A stretch of 64,000 bases of DNA from an uncultured bacterium (GCA_963727525.1 CAVSGO010000007.1:1536001-1600000), one strand, 5' to 3'. Counted from the first letter of the stretch, positions 30,992 to 40,969 are shown. Numbers and translations are program-made. Notes: generated from the letters alone by a model not told the origin.

Positions 30992-32119
30992 TCATGGGTC
31001 GCCCCGTAGCAGATCGCCCGGATTGAGTCCAGCCAGGTCCGGCAACACGAAGAGACCGTCCTTGCGCACGAGCACATCGTCGAGCCAGATCTCGCCGCCG
31101 CCCCATCCGGGGGTCTGGATGCACACGATGTCCCAGTGGAGCGCCGAGCGGTTGCCGTTGAATGCCGCCTCGTAGGCGTTGCCCGGGGTGAGGTGGAAGC
31201 TGCCGGCGATCTTCTCGTCGAAGAGCGTGTCGAGCATGGGAGTGGTGATGTGCGGGTTCAGGCCCAGCGCAAACTCGCCGAAGTAGCGCGCCCCCTCATC
31301 GATGTCGAGGGCCTCGTTGAGCTTGGTCTCGTCGCCGTCGCAACCGGCCTCGACGATCTTGCCATCCTTCACCACGAAGCGGACGTTCTTGAAGCGCACG
31401 CCGCCGTGCATGGTGTCCGCGTTGTACTGGATCACGCCATTCATACTGTCCCGCACGGGCGCGGTGTAGACCTCGCCATCGGGGATGTTGCGGCCGCCGT
31501 CGCATTTCACCGCGGGCAGACCGGCGATGCTGAACCGCAGGTCCGTACCCGGCCCCTTGAGGTGCACGCGGTCGGTGCGCTCGAGCAGGGCGGCGAGCGG
31601 ATCCATGGCGCGGCTGAGGCGCGCGTAGTCGAGGCAGCACACGTCGTAGTAGAAGTCGGCGAACTCCTCGGTGGAGCGCTGCGCGAGCTGCGCCATGGCA
31701 GGATTCGGATAGCGAAGGACGCACCACTTCTTGCGCAGGCGTACGGGGATATGCACCTCATCCCAGTACGCCTTCTCGTACCATTTGAGGTGCTGGGCGT
31801 CGATATCGGCCAGGTCGAACGGATTGGTCGAACCTCGCACCGCGATGTAAGCGTCGACGGCCTCCATGATCGGCCGATGGAACTGCCCCCAGGCAGCGAA
31901 CTGCGCCTCGCCGGCGTTCTTGATGAAGGGCCGATTCAGCGTCTCGTCGTTGTAATACCAGAACGGCACGCCGCCGGCGAGCGTCGCAGCTCTGATCAGT
32001 TCCTGGCCGAGGGCAAGTGCGTGCAAACCCTTGATCTCGAGGTAGATCTTCTCACCCGGTTGCAGCTTCACGCTGTAGCTGATGAGTTGCTCGGCAAGCT
32101 GGCGATCGCGCGGATCCAT
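30992..32119 (-). CDS. Aminopeptidase, M29 family (AmpS/AmpT-like)
   Basis: GTDLRF, NIPDGEVYTAP, GEFALG, LFDEKIAGSFHLTPG, NRSALHWDIV. Confidence 0.92.
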   Translation of the reverse strand: MDPRDRQLAEQLISYSVKLQPGEKIYLEIKGLHALALGQELIRAATLAGGVPFWYYNDETLNRPFIKNAGEAQFAAWGQFHRPIMEAVDAYIAVRGSTNPFDLADIDAQHLKWYEKAYWDEVHIPVRLRKKWCVLRYPNPAMAQLAQRSTEEFADFYYDVCCLDYARLSRAMDPLAALLERTDRVHLKGPGTDLRFSIAGLPAVKCDGGRNIPDGEVYTAPVRDSMNGVIQYNADTMHGGVRFKNVRFVVKDGKIVEAGCDGDETKLNEALDIDEGARYFGEFALGLNPHITTPMLDTLFDEKIAGSFHLTPGNAYEAAFNGNRSALHWDIVCIQTPGWGGGEIWLDDVLVRKDGLFVLPDLAGLNPGDLLRGDP

Positions 32120-32165
32120 GCGTCCTCCCGGGGCTCCCACTCGTGTTTCGAGGTCATGGTGGCGC

Positions 32166-32194
32166 ATTCTAGCGGTTCCGCCACCTCAGAGCAA
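32166..32194 (-). promoter_or_regulatory. Sigma70-type promoter for the M29 aminopeptidase
   Basis: TTGCTC-N17-TAGAAT. Confidence 0.55.
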
Positions 32195-32313
32195 TGACGG
32201 GTTGGGAACCCGCGGCGACGGCGCTTGCCGGGCGCCGCTTCGGCGCGTTACTTGGACGCTGTGGTATCTGGACCTGGCGGCGGCGTTGCGCTCGCCGCGG
32301 AAATGAGGGGATC

Positions 32314-32781
32314 ATGGACGACAGCGTGCACACCGACCCGGGCCTACCCGCCGGAACGGCTGGATTCGTGGACCACATCGGGATCGCAGTGGCCGATCTC
32401 GAGGCCGGCATCGCGCTCTACCGCGATCTCCTGGGACTCGAACTGGAAAGCGTGGAAGAGGTGCCCAGCGAGAAGATCCGCGTGGCCATGCTCCGGCTCG
32501 ACCGCTCCGGAGGCCACGGTCACGTGGAACTCCTGGCACCGATGAGCGACGACAGCAACATCGGACGCTACATCGCGAAGAAGGGCCCGGGACTGCACCA
32601 CATCGCCTTCGCCGCGCGCGACGCACAGGTGGTCATGCAGCGCTGCCGCGAGGCCGGCCTGCAGCTCCTGGACGAGGCGCCGCGGCCGGGCGCCGGCGGC
32701 AAGCGAGTCGCGTTCCTGCATCCGCGCAGCGGCGGCGGGGTCCTGATCGAGATCTGCGAGGACCCCGCGCAGCGCGATTAA
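32314..32781 (+). CDS. mce: Methylmalonyl-CoA epimerase
   Basis: VDHIGIAV, VELLAP, GPGLHHIAF, PRPGAGG...FLHPRSGGGVLIEICE. Confidence 0.9.
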   Translation: MDDSVHTDPGLPAGTAGFVDHIGIAVADLEAGIALYRDLLGLELESVEEVPSEKIRVAMLRLDRSGGHGHVELLAPMSDDSNIGRYIAKKGPGLHHIAFAARDAQVVMQRCREAGLQLLDEAPRPGAGGKRVAFLHPRSGGGVLIEICEDPAQRD

Positions 32782-32797
32782 TGCGGGCCGAGCAACG

Positions 32798-33472
32798 TCA
32801 ATGCAGCGGCTCGTGGTACACGCCTTCCTTGCGCCACGGCTTGGTGCCGTGCAGCGGCGTCGTGTCCGGGGCCGTGGGCCAGTTCAGGTAGGCGCGGGCA
32901 CAGCCGGTCCCGAAGATACTGTCCATCTGGCGCGCGGTGACGGTGCCGGTATAGAGCCCGTAGATACCGCTACCCACGCACGCAGGCAACGTCTCGCAGC
33001 TCTTCAGAGCCGTCGGATCGAGCGTGAAGGTCACCTTCTCGGGGGGCGTGACGAAGACAATCTGCCAGTGCACGAGCGCGGCCCGGCCGTGATCCAGCGG
33101 CTGGCCGGGATCGATTCCCACCACGCAGGCCCCCAGTTCGGAGCCGATATTGAAGTGCGCGAAGGGAAAATCCTGCTTCGTGATATTCCCCTTGGCACCC
33201 TCGATCACCAGCTTCAGTTCGAAGCCACCGATCCCCAGGAACGCCTCGCCATCACGCACCATGGGCTCGACGCCGTCGAGGTAGGCCCAGAGGTCGACCA
33301 CCGTGACGCCGCCCGCGCCGGGTGCCACCTTGGCCACCGACGTGAGGGAGTCGGCCGGCGTGAACGACAGCCGCACCACACCGTTCTCCCCGCCAAAGAC
33401 CGACGCCGCGGCCGGCGCCGCCAGCGCGGCGGCCAGGCTCACGATGCCCGCCAGCAACCAGAATCGTGCCAT
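32798..33472 (-). CDS. Hypothetical secreted protein
   Basis: RBS GAAGGA; signal peptide MARFWLLAGIVSLAAALAAPAAA; beta-rich body with 4 Cys; no family recognised. Confidence 0.65.
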   Translation of the reverse strand: MARFWLLAGIVSLAAALAAPAAASVFGGENGVVRLSFTPADSLTSVAKVAPGAGGVTVVDLWAYLDGVEPMVRDGEAFLGIGGFELKLVIEGAKGNITKQDFPFAHFNIGSELGACVVGIDPGQPLDHGRAALVHWQIVFVTPPEKVTFTLDPTALKSCETLPACVGSGIYGLYTGTVTARQMDSIFGTGCARAYLNWPTAPDTTPLHGTKPWRKEGVYHEPLH

Positions 33473-33525
33473 CTCGTGTCCTTCCCCTGTGGATCCAAAC
33501 CCGTCGAGTCTTCCGCCCGGCAGAC

Positions 33526-34338
33526 CTAGCTGCCGGTGCTCGCATAGCGCCGCAGCCCGCGGCACCAGATCGTGTAGGCCAGTCCGAAGACCGCCAGTCC
33601 CACTGCCGGGGTCACGAACGCCAAACGCCGGAATTCCGGTGCGCCCACGAACCAGGCCGCGGGATAGAAGGCGACCCAGGCGAATGGTAGCACGAATATC
33701 AAGAGAATCTGCACCCACCGACTGTAGATCGTCAACGGGTAGCGACTGAACCTGATCACATTGTACACCGGCGGCGCCAATCCGAGCCGATCTTCTTGCC
33801 AGAACGACACGCAGGTGAGGCCGAGGAACACACCCACGTAGACCAGCGTGGCGGACGGTACGAGGAGGAGCAGGGCCACCACGTCGAGAGGCGTCCAGGC
33901 CAGGGAAAGCCGCGTGCTACTGTAGACCATGATCCCCACGCCCAGGACGATCTCGTTCAGCCCCGACACGTTGAAAGACTCGAAGAGCACCTGCGCCAGC
34001 GGGTTCACGGGGCGCAGGAGCACGCGGTCGAGATTGCCGTCGGCAATGTAGCGCTCGGCAAAACCGTAGATGTTGATGCTCACCAGGTTGAAGAGTCCCA
34101 GCGGCAGCATGCTGAATCCGTAGATGAAGAGCACCTGCTCGTAGCTCCAGCCGGCCAGGGCCTGCACCTTCGCGAAGAGGACCGTGAGCACCGAGAGTTG
34201 CACGCCGATCGCGAAGACGTTGGCGAAGAGGTCGACGATGAAGTCCGCACGATAGGCCAGGCGCATCTTCAGGAACTGGGCGAAGTAGGCGAGAAAGATG
34301 CCGCCCTGGCGTCGCATGCGGGTGGGTAGCGCACTCAC
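33526..34338 (-). CDS. ABC-2 type permease (DUF990-like)
   Basis: LAYRADF, GWSYEQV, GNLDRVLLRPVNPL, FSRYPLTIY, YASTGS. Confidence 0.85.
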   Translation of the reverse strand: MSALPTRMRRQGGIFLAYFAQFLKMRLAYRADFIVDLFANVFAIGVQLSVLTVLFAKVQALAGWSYEQVLFIYGFSMLPLGLFNLVSINIYGFAERYIADGNLDRVLLRPVNPLAQVLFESFNVSGLNEIVLGVGIMVYSSTRLSLAWTPLDVVALLLLVPSATLVYVGVFLGLTCVSFWQEDRLGLAPPVYNVIRFSRYPLTIYSRWVQILLIFVLPFAWVAFYPAAWFVGAPEFRRLAFVTPAVGLAVFGLAYTIWCRGLRRYASTGS

Positions 34339-34339
34339 G

Positions 34340-35239
34340 TCAGCCTCCCTGCAGGGTGACGTGCCGCACCGCGCGCGCCCACACCCCGCGCCCGAGCATG
34401 AAGAGCCCGGCCGCCCATGCCGCTTGCAGCAGCAGCGCTCCCGCCAGGGCCTGCCCACTGTAGTGCCCGAGGTAGATCGTCACCGGCACGTAGCTGATGC
34501 CCTGGAATGGCAGGAAACGCACACCCATCTGCACCCAGTGCGGAAAGAAGCTGAACGGCACCATCACACCCGAGAGGAAGTCGAGACTCACGGACTTGGC
34601 GCGCAGCACGCCGTTGATGTTCTTGAGGCTGAAGGCGAGGCAACCCACCAGGAAATTTACCTGGCAGTTGATACCCAGCGCGAGCACGAAACTCAGCAGG
34701 GTCCAGCCGTAGAGGCCGGCCCGCGGCGGCCGTCCCAGGTCGAACAGCGGCACCACGACGACCAGGATCGGCAGCGTGAACATCAGCAGGCGAAACACCG
34801 CCTCGCCGACGGCCTCGAACATCATCACCGTCTGCACGTGGAACGGTTTGATGAGCTGCACCGCGATCTCGCCCTGCTCCACCTGGTGCGCGAGGGTGCG
34901 GTCGATGTTGTTGAACGTGAAGCTGCGCCCCACCCAGGACAGGGACACGTAGGTGATCATCTGGGCGAGCGTGAGCCCGCCGATGGTTCCCGCATCGGGA
35001 CCGGACTGATTGGCGAAGAGCGCGCGGTAAAGGTAGAAGTTGCCGGCGACGAAGATCGTGTAGGTGATCACACCCGTGTAGTAGCGCAGGCGATACGCGA
35101 GGAACTTGAGGAAAGCGAGGCGAATGAAGCTCACGTAGAGGCGCGCGGTCGCCGCCACGCCTCGATGCCATGGCACGAGCGCCGCAACCGGCGCCCCCAG
35201 GGCAACCGGTTCCAGCCCTTCGAGACGCCGCTCAGCCAT
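34340..35239 (-). CDS. ABC-2 type permease (DUF990-like)
   Basis: LAYRLRY, QMITY, GEIAVQLIKP, FLSGVMVPFSFFP, LPFQGISYVP, ends TLQGG. Confidence 0.85.
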   Translation of the reverse strand: MAERRLEGLEPVALGAPVAALVPWHRGVAATARLYVSFIRLAFLKFLAYRLRYYTGVITYTIFVAGNFYLYRALFANQSGPDAGTIGGLTLAQMITYVSLSWVGRSFTFNNIDRTLAHQVEQGEIAVQLIKPFHVQTVMMFEAVGEAVFRLLMFTLPILVVVVPLFDLGRPPRAGLYGWTLLSFVLALGINCQVNFLVGCLAFSLKNINGVLRAKSVSLDFLSGVMVPFSFFPHWVQMGVRFLPFQGISYVPVTIYLGHYSGQALAGALLLQAAWAAGLFMLGRGVWARAVRHVTLQGG

Positions 35240-36323
35240 GTTCCGCCTCGGTGGCCGCCGCGGTGTCGAGCGTGGGCGCCCGCCCGGCGCGATAGATCTG
35301 TCGCACGACCTCCTCGATATCGGGCTCGCGGATGGCGAGGTCCTGCACGCGATGGGAGGCGACGACACGCTGGATGATGTCGGCTGCCGTCACCTCGAGG
35401 CGACTGAACTCCGCCGTGTGCTCGCGACCGGTACCCTCCGCCCATGTGACCGGCAACGGATCGGTGAGGCGCGCCAGCTCGGTCGCGTCGAGAGGGTCGC
35501 GCAGATCCACACGCACGCGCATGCGATGCCCCAGGTGGTGCCGCATGGATTCCAGCTCGCCGTCGTAGAGCACCTTGCCATGGTCGATGATGATGATGCG
35601 CCGGCAGAGCTGCTGGATGTCGCCCAGGTCATGTGTCGTCAGGATGATGGTGGTGCCCAGGTCGTCGCGTGCCGCGCGCAGGAAACCGCGCACATTCTCC
35701 TTGGCCACCACGTCGAGCCCGATCGTCGGCTCGTCGAGGAAGAGCACGCGCGGCTCGTGCAACAAGGCAGCCGCCAGGTCGCAGCGCATGCGCTCACCCA
35801 GGGAGAGCTTGCGCACCGGCTGGTGGAGCAGACGGCCGATGTCCAGCAACTCGTCGAAGTAGGCGAGCCGCCGCGCGTACACGTCGTCGGGCACCTCGTA
35901 GATGCGTTTCAGCAGCCGCAGCGACTCGACCACCGCCAGATCCCACCAGAGCTGCGTGCGCTGCCCGAACACGACGCCGATGTGGCGCGTGTAGGCCACG
36001 CGCTGGCGATACGGCACGAGCCCGCCCACATGCACCTCGCCGCTGGTGGGCGTGAGGATGCCGGTGAGCACCTTGATGGTCGTCGACTTGCCGGCGCCGT
36101 TGGCACCGATGTACCCCACCATCTCGCCGGCCTGGATGGAGAAGCTCACGTCGTTCACGGCGCGCAGGGTGGCCTTGCGCGGACGCACGAGGTCCACGAG
36201 TCCGCCGAACACACCCTCGCGCCGCCGGGTCTGCGCGTAGTCCTTGGTGAGGTGCGCGACGCGGATCAGGGGTTCCCCGTTCCGCGGTTTCTGGATCGCC
36301 GGTGCCTGATTCGGTGCGTTCAT
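35232..36323 (-). CDS. ABC transporter ATP-binding protein
   Basis: GANGAGKST, FGQRTQLWWDL, LSLGERMR, LDEPTIGLD, TTHD. Confidence 0.93.
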   Translation of the reverse strand: MNAPNQAPAIQKPRNGEPLIRVAHLTKDYAQTRRREGVFGGLVDLVRPRKATLRAVNDVSFSIQAGEMVGYIGANGAGKSTTIKVLTGILTPTSGEVHVGGLVPYRQRVAYTRHIGVVFGQRTQLWWDLAVVESLRLLKRIYEVPDDVYARRLAYFDELLDIGRLLHQPVRKLSLGERMRCDLAAALLHEPRVLFLDEPTIGLDVVAKENVRGFLRAARDDLGTTIILTTHDLGDIQQLCRRIIIIDHGKVLYDGELESMRHHLGHRMRVRVDLRDPLDATELARLTDPLPVTWAEGTGREHTAEFSRLEVTAADIIQRVVASHRVQDLAIREPDIEEVVRQIYRAGRAPTLDTAAATEAEHG

Positions 36324-36358
36324 GGCTCTTGGTACCGGAATTCGCGGTCGGCCCGCGC

Positions 36359-36637
36359 TCAGAATGGTGTGTCGTCGTCGGCCGCGGATTCGACCGGAGC
36401 GCGGCTCAAGGTCTCGCGCGCGTCGTCCTGCAGGCGCGCCACGAGTTCGCGTACCTCGCCGTCGGTGCGCTCGAGTCGCTCGCGGCAGGCGCTCACCAGT
36501 TCCACGGCGCGCTTGACCTCGCCGGCCAGTTCGTCGATGTCGATCTCCTCGCTCTCGAGGCGGGCCACGATGGCCTCGACCTCGCCCACGGCCTCGCTAA
36601 AAGAGAGCTTGCTGACCGGGGTCTTCTTCTCCGCCAC
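36359..36637 (-). CDS. xseB: Exodeoxyribonuclease VII small subunit
   Basis: LSFSEAVGEVEAIVARLESEEIDIDEL...CRERL; GTG start after AAAGGAG; overlaps the xseA end. Confidence 0.88.
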   Translation of the reverse strand: MAEKKTPVSKLSFSEAVGEVEAIVARLESEEIDIDELAGEVKRAVELVSACRERLERTDGEVRELVARLQDDARETLSRAPVESAADDDTPF

Positions 36638-38078
36638 GTCGGGCTCCTTTGCCACGAGGGCGCGCTGTCGTCGCGGCCGTCGCGGAGTTGACAGTACTCG
36701 TGACCTCGCCATCGGCGAAGACGGTGCGCAGCCGGTCCCCTGCACCCAGACCGGCGGCCGATCGGAGGTGCCGGCCCGCGGCGTCGAGGGTCCAGGTGAA
36801 GCCCCGCGCGAGAAGGCGGCGGGGATCCAGGAGACGCAGTTTCTCATCAGCGTGCCCGAGGCGCTGTCCGGCTTGCCGGCAGCGCTCGCGGCCGAGGCGC
36901 TGCAGGTCGTGCACGAGACGCTCGAGGCGCTCGCGCCGCCGCGGCAGCGTGCGTGCCGATTCGCGCGCCAAACCCTCGGCAAGATAACGGGACCGCTGTC
37001 GCGCCGCCGCCAGACGCTGACGGGCCGCCTGGCTCGTCGCGGCCCCCGCTCCGTCGACCCGGCGTCGTGCGCCCTGCACGCGCCGCAGGACCCGCCCCTC
37101 GAGCGTGCCTGCGAGACCGCGCAGGTGCATGCCGGCGTCCCCGAGGCGGCGTTCGCTGAGCGCGGCCACGGCCGCGGCCGCAGCCGTCAGACGCGCGTCG
37201 GCGTCGCGCACGCGGTCCACGAGGAATTCGGCGGCCGCGGTGGGCGTCTTGCAACTCGTGTGCGCCACCAGATCGGTGAGGCTGCGATCGATCTCGTGGC
37301 CGATGCCCACCACCACCGGCCGCCGACAGCGCGCCACGGCCTCGCACAGGGCCTGCTGGTCGAACCACGAGAGATCGGCGCGCGAGCCGCCGCCGCGGGT
37401 GATCACGATCACGTCGAGATCGCGTCGGGCGAGCACGGCGAGGGCCTGTACGATCTGTGTCTCCATCTGCTCGCCCTGCATCCGGCAGTCCACGAGATCC
37501 ACCACGAAGCGATAGGCGGAACGTTCGAGTCCGGTGCGGAAATCGCGTTCCGCCGCGCTACCCGCCGAGGTGATCAGGCCGACACGGAGGGGCACCTCGG
37601 GCAGGAGCAACGCCCGGTTGCGCTCGAGCAATCCGGCGGCCTCGAGGGCGGCCAGCACCTGCCGGCGCCGCGCCTCGAGCTGGCCGAGGGTGAAGGCGGG
37701 GTCGACACCCACCACGCGCAGACTGACCTTGCCGAAGGGCGGGTAGAAATCGACCCGGCACAGCAGGCATACCTCGAGCTTGTCGCGGAGTTGAAACGTG
37801 GCGTCGCTGCCGTCGAGGTAGCGACCCAGCGCGTGGCGATCGCGATCCCAGCCGAGCAGGGCCGCGGGCATCTGGAAATCCGCGGCGCCGCCACCGCTGG
37901 TGTCGTGCAACTCGAAGTACACGTGCTTGCGCCGCGCCGCGTCCACGGGGAAGCGCTGCACCTCGCCACGGATCCACACCGGTTGCGGGAACGCGTTCTG
38001 CAGGGCGGTCTGGATGCTCTCGTTCAACTGGCGCACGCTGAGCACGCGTCGTTCATCGCCGCTTCGAGCCACGTTCAT
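36597..38078 (-). CDS. xseA: Exodeoxyribonuclease VII large subunit
   Basis: SVRQLN, WIRGEV, HVYFEL, ITSAGSAA, RGGGSRADL, GIGHEID, TPTAAA, LDPRRLLARGF. Confidence 0.93.
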   Translation of the reverse strand: MNVARSGDERRVLSVRQLNESIQTALQNAFPQPVWIRGEVQRFPVDAARRKHVYFELHDTSGGGAADFQMPAALLGWDRDRHALGRYLDGSDATFQLRDKLEVCLLCRVDFYPPFGKVSLRVVGVDPAFTLGQLEARRRQVLAALEAAGLLERNRALLLPEVPLRVGLITSAGSAAERDFRTGLERSAYRFVVDLVDCRMQGEQMETQIVQALAVLARRDLDVIVITRGGGSRADLSWFDQQALCEAVARCRRPVVVGIGHEIDRSLTDLVAHTSCKTPTAAAEFLVDRVRDADARLTAAAAAVAALSERRLGDAGMHLRGLAGTLEGRVLRRVQGARRRVDGAGAATSQAARQRLAAARQRSRYLAEGLARESARTLPRRRERLERLVHDLQRLGRERCRQAGQRLGHADEKLRLLDPRRLLARGFTWTLDAAGRHLRSAAGLGAGDRLRTVFADGEVTSTVNSATAATTARPRGKGARRGGEEDPGQQALF

Positions 38079-38121
38079 CTGCGACCTCTCCACCTTGGCG
38101 ACAGGCCACGCCCGCCGCGCG

Positions 38122-39480
38122 CTAGATCCGCACCCGCAGCCAGCGCCCTTGCTTGAACAGACGCGTCATGATCAGGGCATGCACGGCCACCCACAACACC
38201 AGGGCCAGCCAGGCGCCCACGAGGCCGCGATGCAACACGATCGCCGCCAGCCACGTCACCGGCAACATGACGCAGGCGCCCGTGAGCACGTCCACCAGCA
38301 TCACGGCGCGGGTGGCCCCCGCACCACGCTGCGCCCCGCCCAGCACCACGCCCACGGCCGCGAGCACCTGGACCGCCGCCGTCAGCCGCAGGATGGGGCG
38401 CCCCGCGGCGAGCAAGGCCGGGTCGGGTACGAAGACCCGCAGCAGCGTGTCGGGCGCCAGCAGGAATGGCAAGCCGAGCACGGCCATGAACACCACGCCG
38501 ATCGCCACCCCGCCCCAGCCGACCCGCACGGCGCCGCGGGGATCGCCCGCGCCGAGGCTCTGCCCCACCATGGTCTGCACGGCGATGCCGATACCGAAGG
38601 TGGGCATGAGCGAGAGCGCCGCGATGCGCATCACGATATTGGCGGCCGCGACGGGGACGGTGCCCAGTCGCCCCAGGATGACATAGAACGCGACGATGCC
38701 ACCCACCAGGCCCGCCGCCTGCAGCATGGGCGGCCAGCCCACCCGCAGAAGCAGCGCCATCATGCTCCGGCGGACATTGCCGTGCGCGAAGAAGCGGAAA
38801 CGGTGCCGCACGTGCGGACGCAGCGCATACACCGCGATCGCGCCGCCGGACAATACGGTGGCCAGGCCGCTGGCCAGCGCGGCGCCGGCCACGCCCATTT
38901 CCGGCGCGCCGAGATTGCCGAAGATGAAGATCCAGTTCAGCAGCACGTTGGCCAGATTCATGCCCACGCCGGTCACCATGCCGACGCGTGTCCAGCCGAT
39001 GCCGTCGAAGCAAGCGCGCACGAGGAAATACACGACGTACGGCACGAGCCCCGCATAGCGCCAGACCAGGTAGCTGGCGCCCATGGCGCGCACCGGCGCC
39101 TCATCGAGGACGAGGGAGAGCCACGTCTCCGGCGTGAGCATCGCCACGACCGAGACCACCGCGCCGACGCTGACGGCAGCCGCCAGGGCCGTGCCGAGCA
39201 CCTGGCCCACGTCCCCGTCGCGCCCCTCGCCCACGCGCCGCGCCGTGACGGCCTGCACCGCCACTTCGAGCGCCTTCATCGCGTTGGCGAGGATTCCGAA
39301 GATGAGCGTGGCCACACCCACGGCCGCCACGGCGCCGATGCTGATGCGCCCGACCATGATCGTGTCGACCAGGCCCATCAGCGTGTTGGCGAGCTGGGCG
39401 AGCACGACAGGCGCAGCCAGGCGGGCGATGCGCCCGAGCAGACGTCTCGTGGGTGCACGGCCGAGGCGCTCAGCGGGCAA
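38122..39480 (-). CDS. MATE family efflux transporter
   Basis: LMGLVDTIMVGR, NLANVLLNWIFIFGNLGAPEMGVAGAALAS, GQSLGAGD. Start uncertain; TTG 39480 overlaps the pepA stop. Confidence 0.88.
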   Translation of the reverse strand: MPAERLGRAPTRRLLGRIARLAAPVVLAQLANTLMGLVDTIMVGRISIGAVAAVGVATLIFGILANAMKALEVAVQAVTARRVGEGRDGDVGQVLGTALAAAVSVGAVVSVVAMLTPETWLSLVLDEAPVRAMGASYLVWRYAGLVPYVVYFLVRACFDGIGWTRVGMVTGVGMNLANVLLNWIFIFGNLGAPEMGVAGAALASGLATVLSGGAIAVYALRPHVRHRFRFFAHGNVRRSMMALLLRVGWPPMLQAAGLVGGIVAFYVILGRLGTVPVAAANIVMRIAALSLMPTFGIGIAVQTMVGQSLGAGDPRGAVRVGWGGVAIGVVFMAVLGLPFLLAPDTLLRVFVPDPALLAAGRPILRLTAAVQVLAAVGVVLGGAQRGAGATRAVMLVDVLTGACVMLPVTWLAAIVLHRGLVGAWLALVLWVAVHALIMTRLFKQGRWLRVRI

Positions 39481-40969
39481 GAATCTCGACCATGCGCGCC
39501 AGCAAGCGCGCGCCGAAGCCCGTGGCCCCCTTCGGCCCGAGCGGGCCGCCCTTTTCGGTCCAGGCGGTGCCGGCGATATCGACATGGGCCCACGCCAGGT
39601 CGTCGGGCACGAACACCGACAGGAACGCCGCGGCCGTGAGCGCCCCGCCGTCACGGCCGGCGATGTTCTTCAGGTCGGCCACGTTCGACTCCAGCTCCTG
39701 CCGGTGCGCATCGACCAGCGGCAGCGGCCACACGCGTTCGAACGTCTCGCCACCGGCCTGCTCGAGCATGGCCACCAGGGGACCGCTCGTGCCCATGAGC
39801 CCCGCGAACTCGTGCCCCAGGGCGACGACGCAGGCGCCGGTGAGCGTGGCCACGTCGACGACGTAGTCGGGCCGCCGCCGGCACACGTGGTGCAGCGCAT
39901 CGGCCAGGATGAGCCGGCCCTCGGCATCGGTGTTCAGGACCTCGACCGTCTTGCCGGAGGCCATCGTGAGCACGTCGGACGGCTTGATGGCGTTCCCGCC
40001 GGGCATGTTTTCGGCCGTGGGTACGGCGACGATCAGCCGCACCGGGATCTCGAGGCGCTGGACGATGAACGCAGCGCCGAGCACCGCGGCTGCACCGCCC
40101 ATGTCGCTCTTCATCACGTGCATCTTGGCGGCGGGCTTGATCGAGATGCCGCCCGAATCGAAGGTGACGCCCTTGCCCACCAGGGCGACGGTGGGCGCGC
40201 CGGCCGGCGCTCGGAGCGTCTCGAGCAGAATGAGCCTGGGTTCGTGGTGGCTACCCTGCCCCACCCCCAGCAGGCCGCCCATGTGCAGCTTGCGTAGCTG
40301 CGACACGCCGAGCACGGTGCAGCGCAGACCGGACGACCGCGCAATCGCGCGCGCCTCGACGGCGAGTTGCTCCGGCGTGAGGCGGTTGGGAGGCAGATTC
40401 ACGAGCGAGCGGGCGCGCAGACAGCCCGCCGCATAGATCTCGCCCTCGCGCATGCCGGCCCGCAACTCGGCGAGGTGCGCGCCAGTGCCGGTGACGAGCT
40501 TCCAGGCCACGGGCCCGGCGGGCGCGTCCCCGCGCGGATCCGCCGCGGGCGAGAGGGCCAGCTCTGCGCCCTCGACCCAGCAGCGGGCGAAGGTACAGGC
40601 ATCGAAGGGAACCGCTTCCACGTCGCAGGCCACGACGACGGACTTCGTCTTCATCGCGCGGGCTCGCTGGGCCGCGACACCGGCGAGGCGGCGCAGGCGA
40701 TCTAGCGACAGCTCGGCTGAAGGTCCGGCGCCGATGAGCAGCACCCATCCGGTGTCGACACCGGGACAGGGCAGGGCCAGATGGGATTCGGCCGCGCCGG
40801 TGAAACCGCCCGCGACGATGGTCCGTGCCAGGGCCGTCCCCCCGTGCCCACCGCCCGCGAGGGCCTTGACCCCGCGCAGATCGGGCCCATCGTCAGTCCC
40901 GGGTACGGTGATCACGAGCAGGTGACCGGTTGTCTTGACAGGATCACCCTTGCTGGCCGACCAGCGCAT
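39470..40969 (-). CDS. pepA: Leucyl aminopeptidase (M17)
   Basis: VGKGVTFDSGG, MKSDMGG, NTDAEGRL, ATLTGA, HVDIAG. Confidence 0.95.
   Translation of the reverse strand: MRWSASKGDPVKTTGHLLVITVPGTDDGPDLRGVKALAGGGHGGTALARTIVAGGFTGAAESHLALPCPGVDTGWVLLIGAGPSAELSLDRLRRLAGVAAQRARAMKTKSVVVACDVEAVPFDACTFARCWVEGAELALSPAADPRGDAPAGPVAWKLVTGTGAHLAELRAGMREGEIYAAGCLRARSLVNLPPNRLTPEQLAVEARAIARSSGLRCTVLGVSQLRKLHMGGLLGVGQGSHHEPRLILLETLRAPAGAPTVALVGKGVTFDSGGISIKPAAKMHVMKSDMGGAAAVLGAAFIVQRLEIPVRLIVAVPTAENMPGGNAIKPSDVLTMASGKTVEVLNTDAEGRLILADALHHVCRRRPDYVVDVATLTGACVVALGHEFAGLMGTSGPLVAMLEQAGGETFERVWPLPLVDAHRQELESNVADLKNIAGRDGGALTAAAFLSVFVPDDLAWAHVDIAGTAWTEKGGPLGPKGATGFGARLLARMVEILAR

Noticed and set aside
35238-38156. 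972-aa + strand ORF
   Set aside because: Antisense to the ABC ATPase, xseB and xseA genes.
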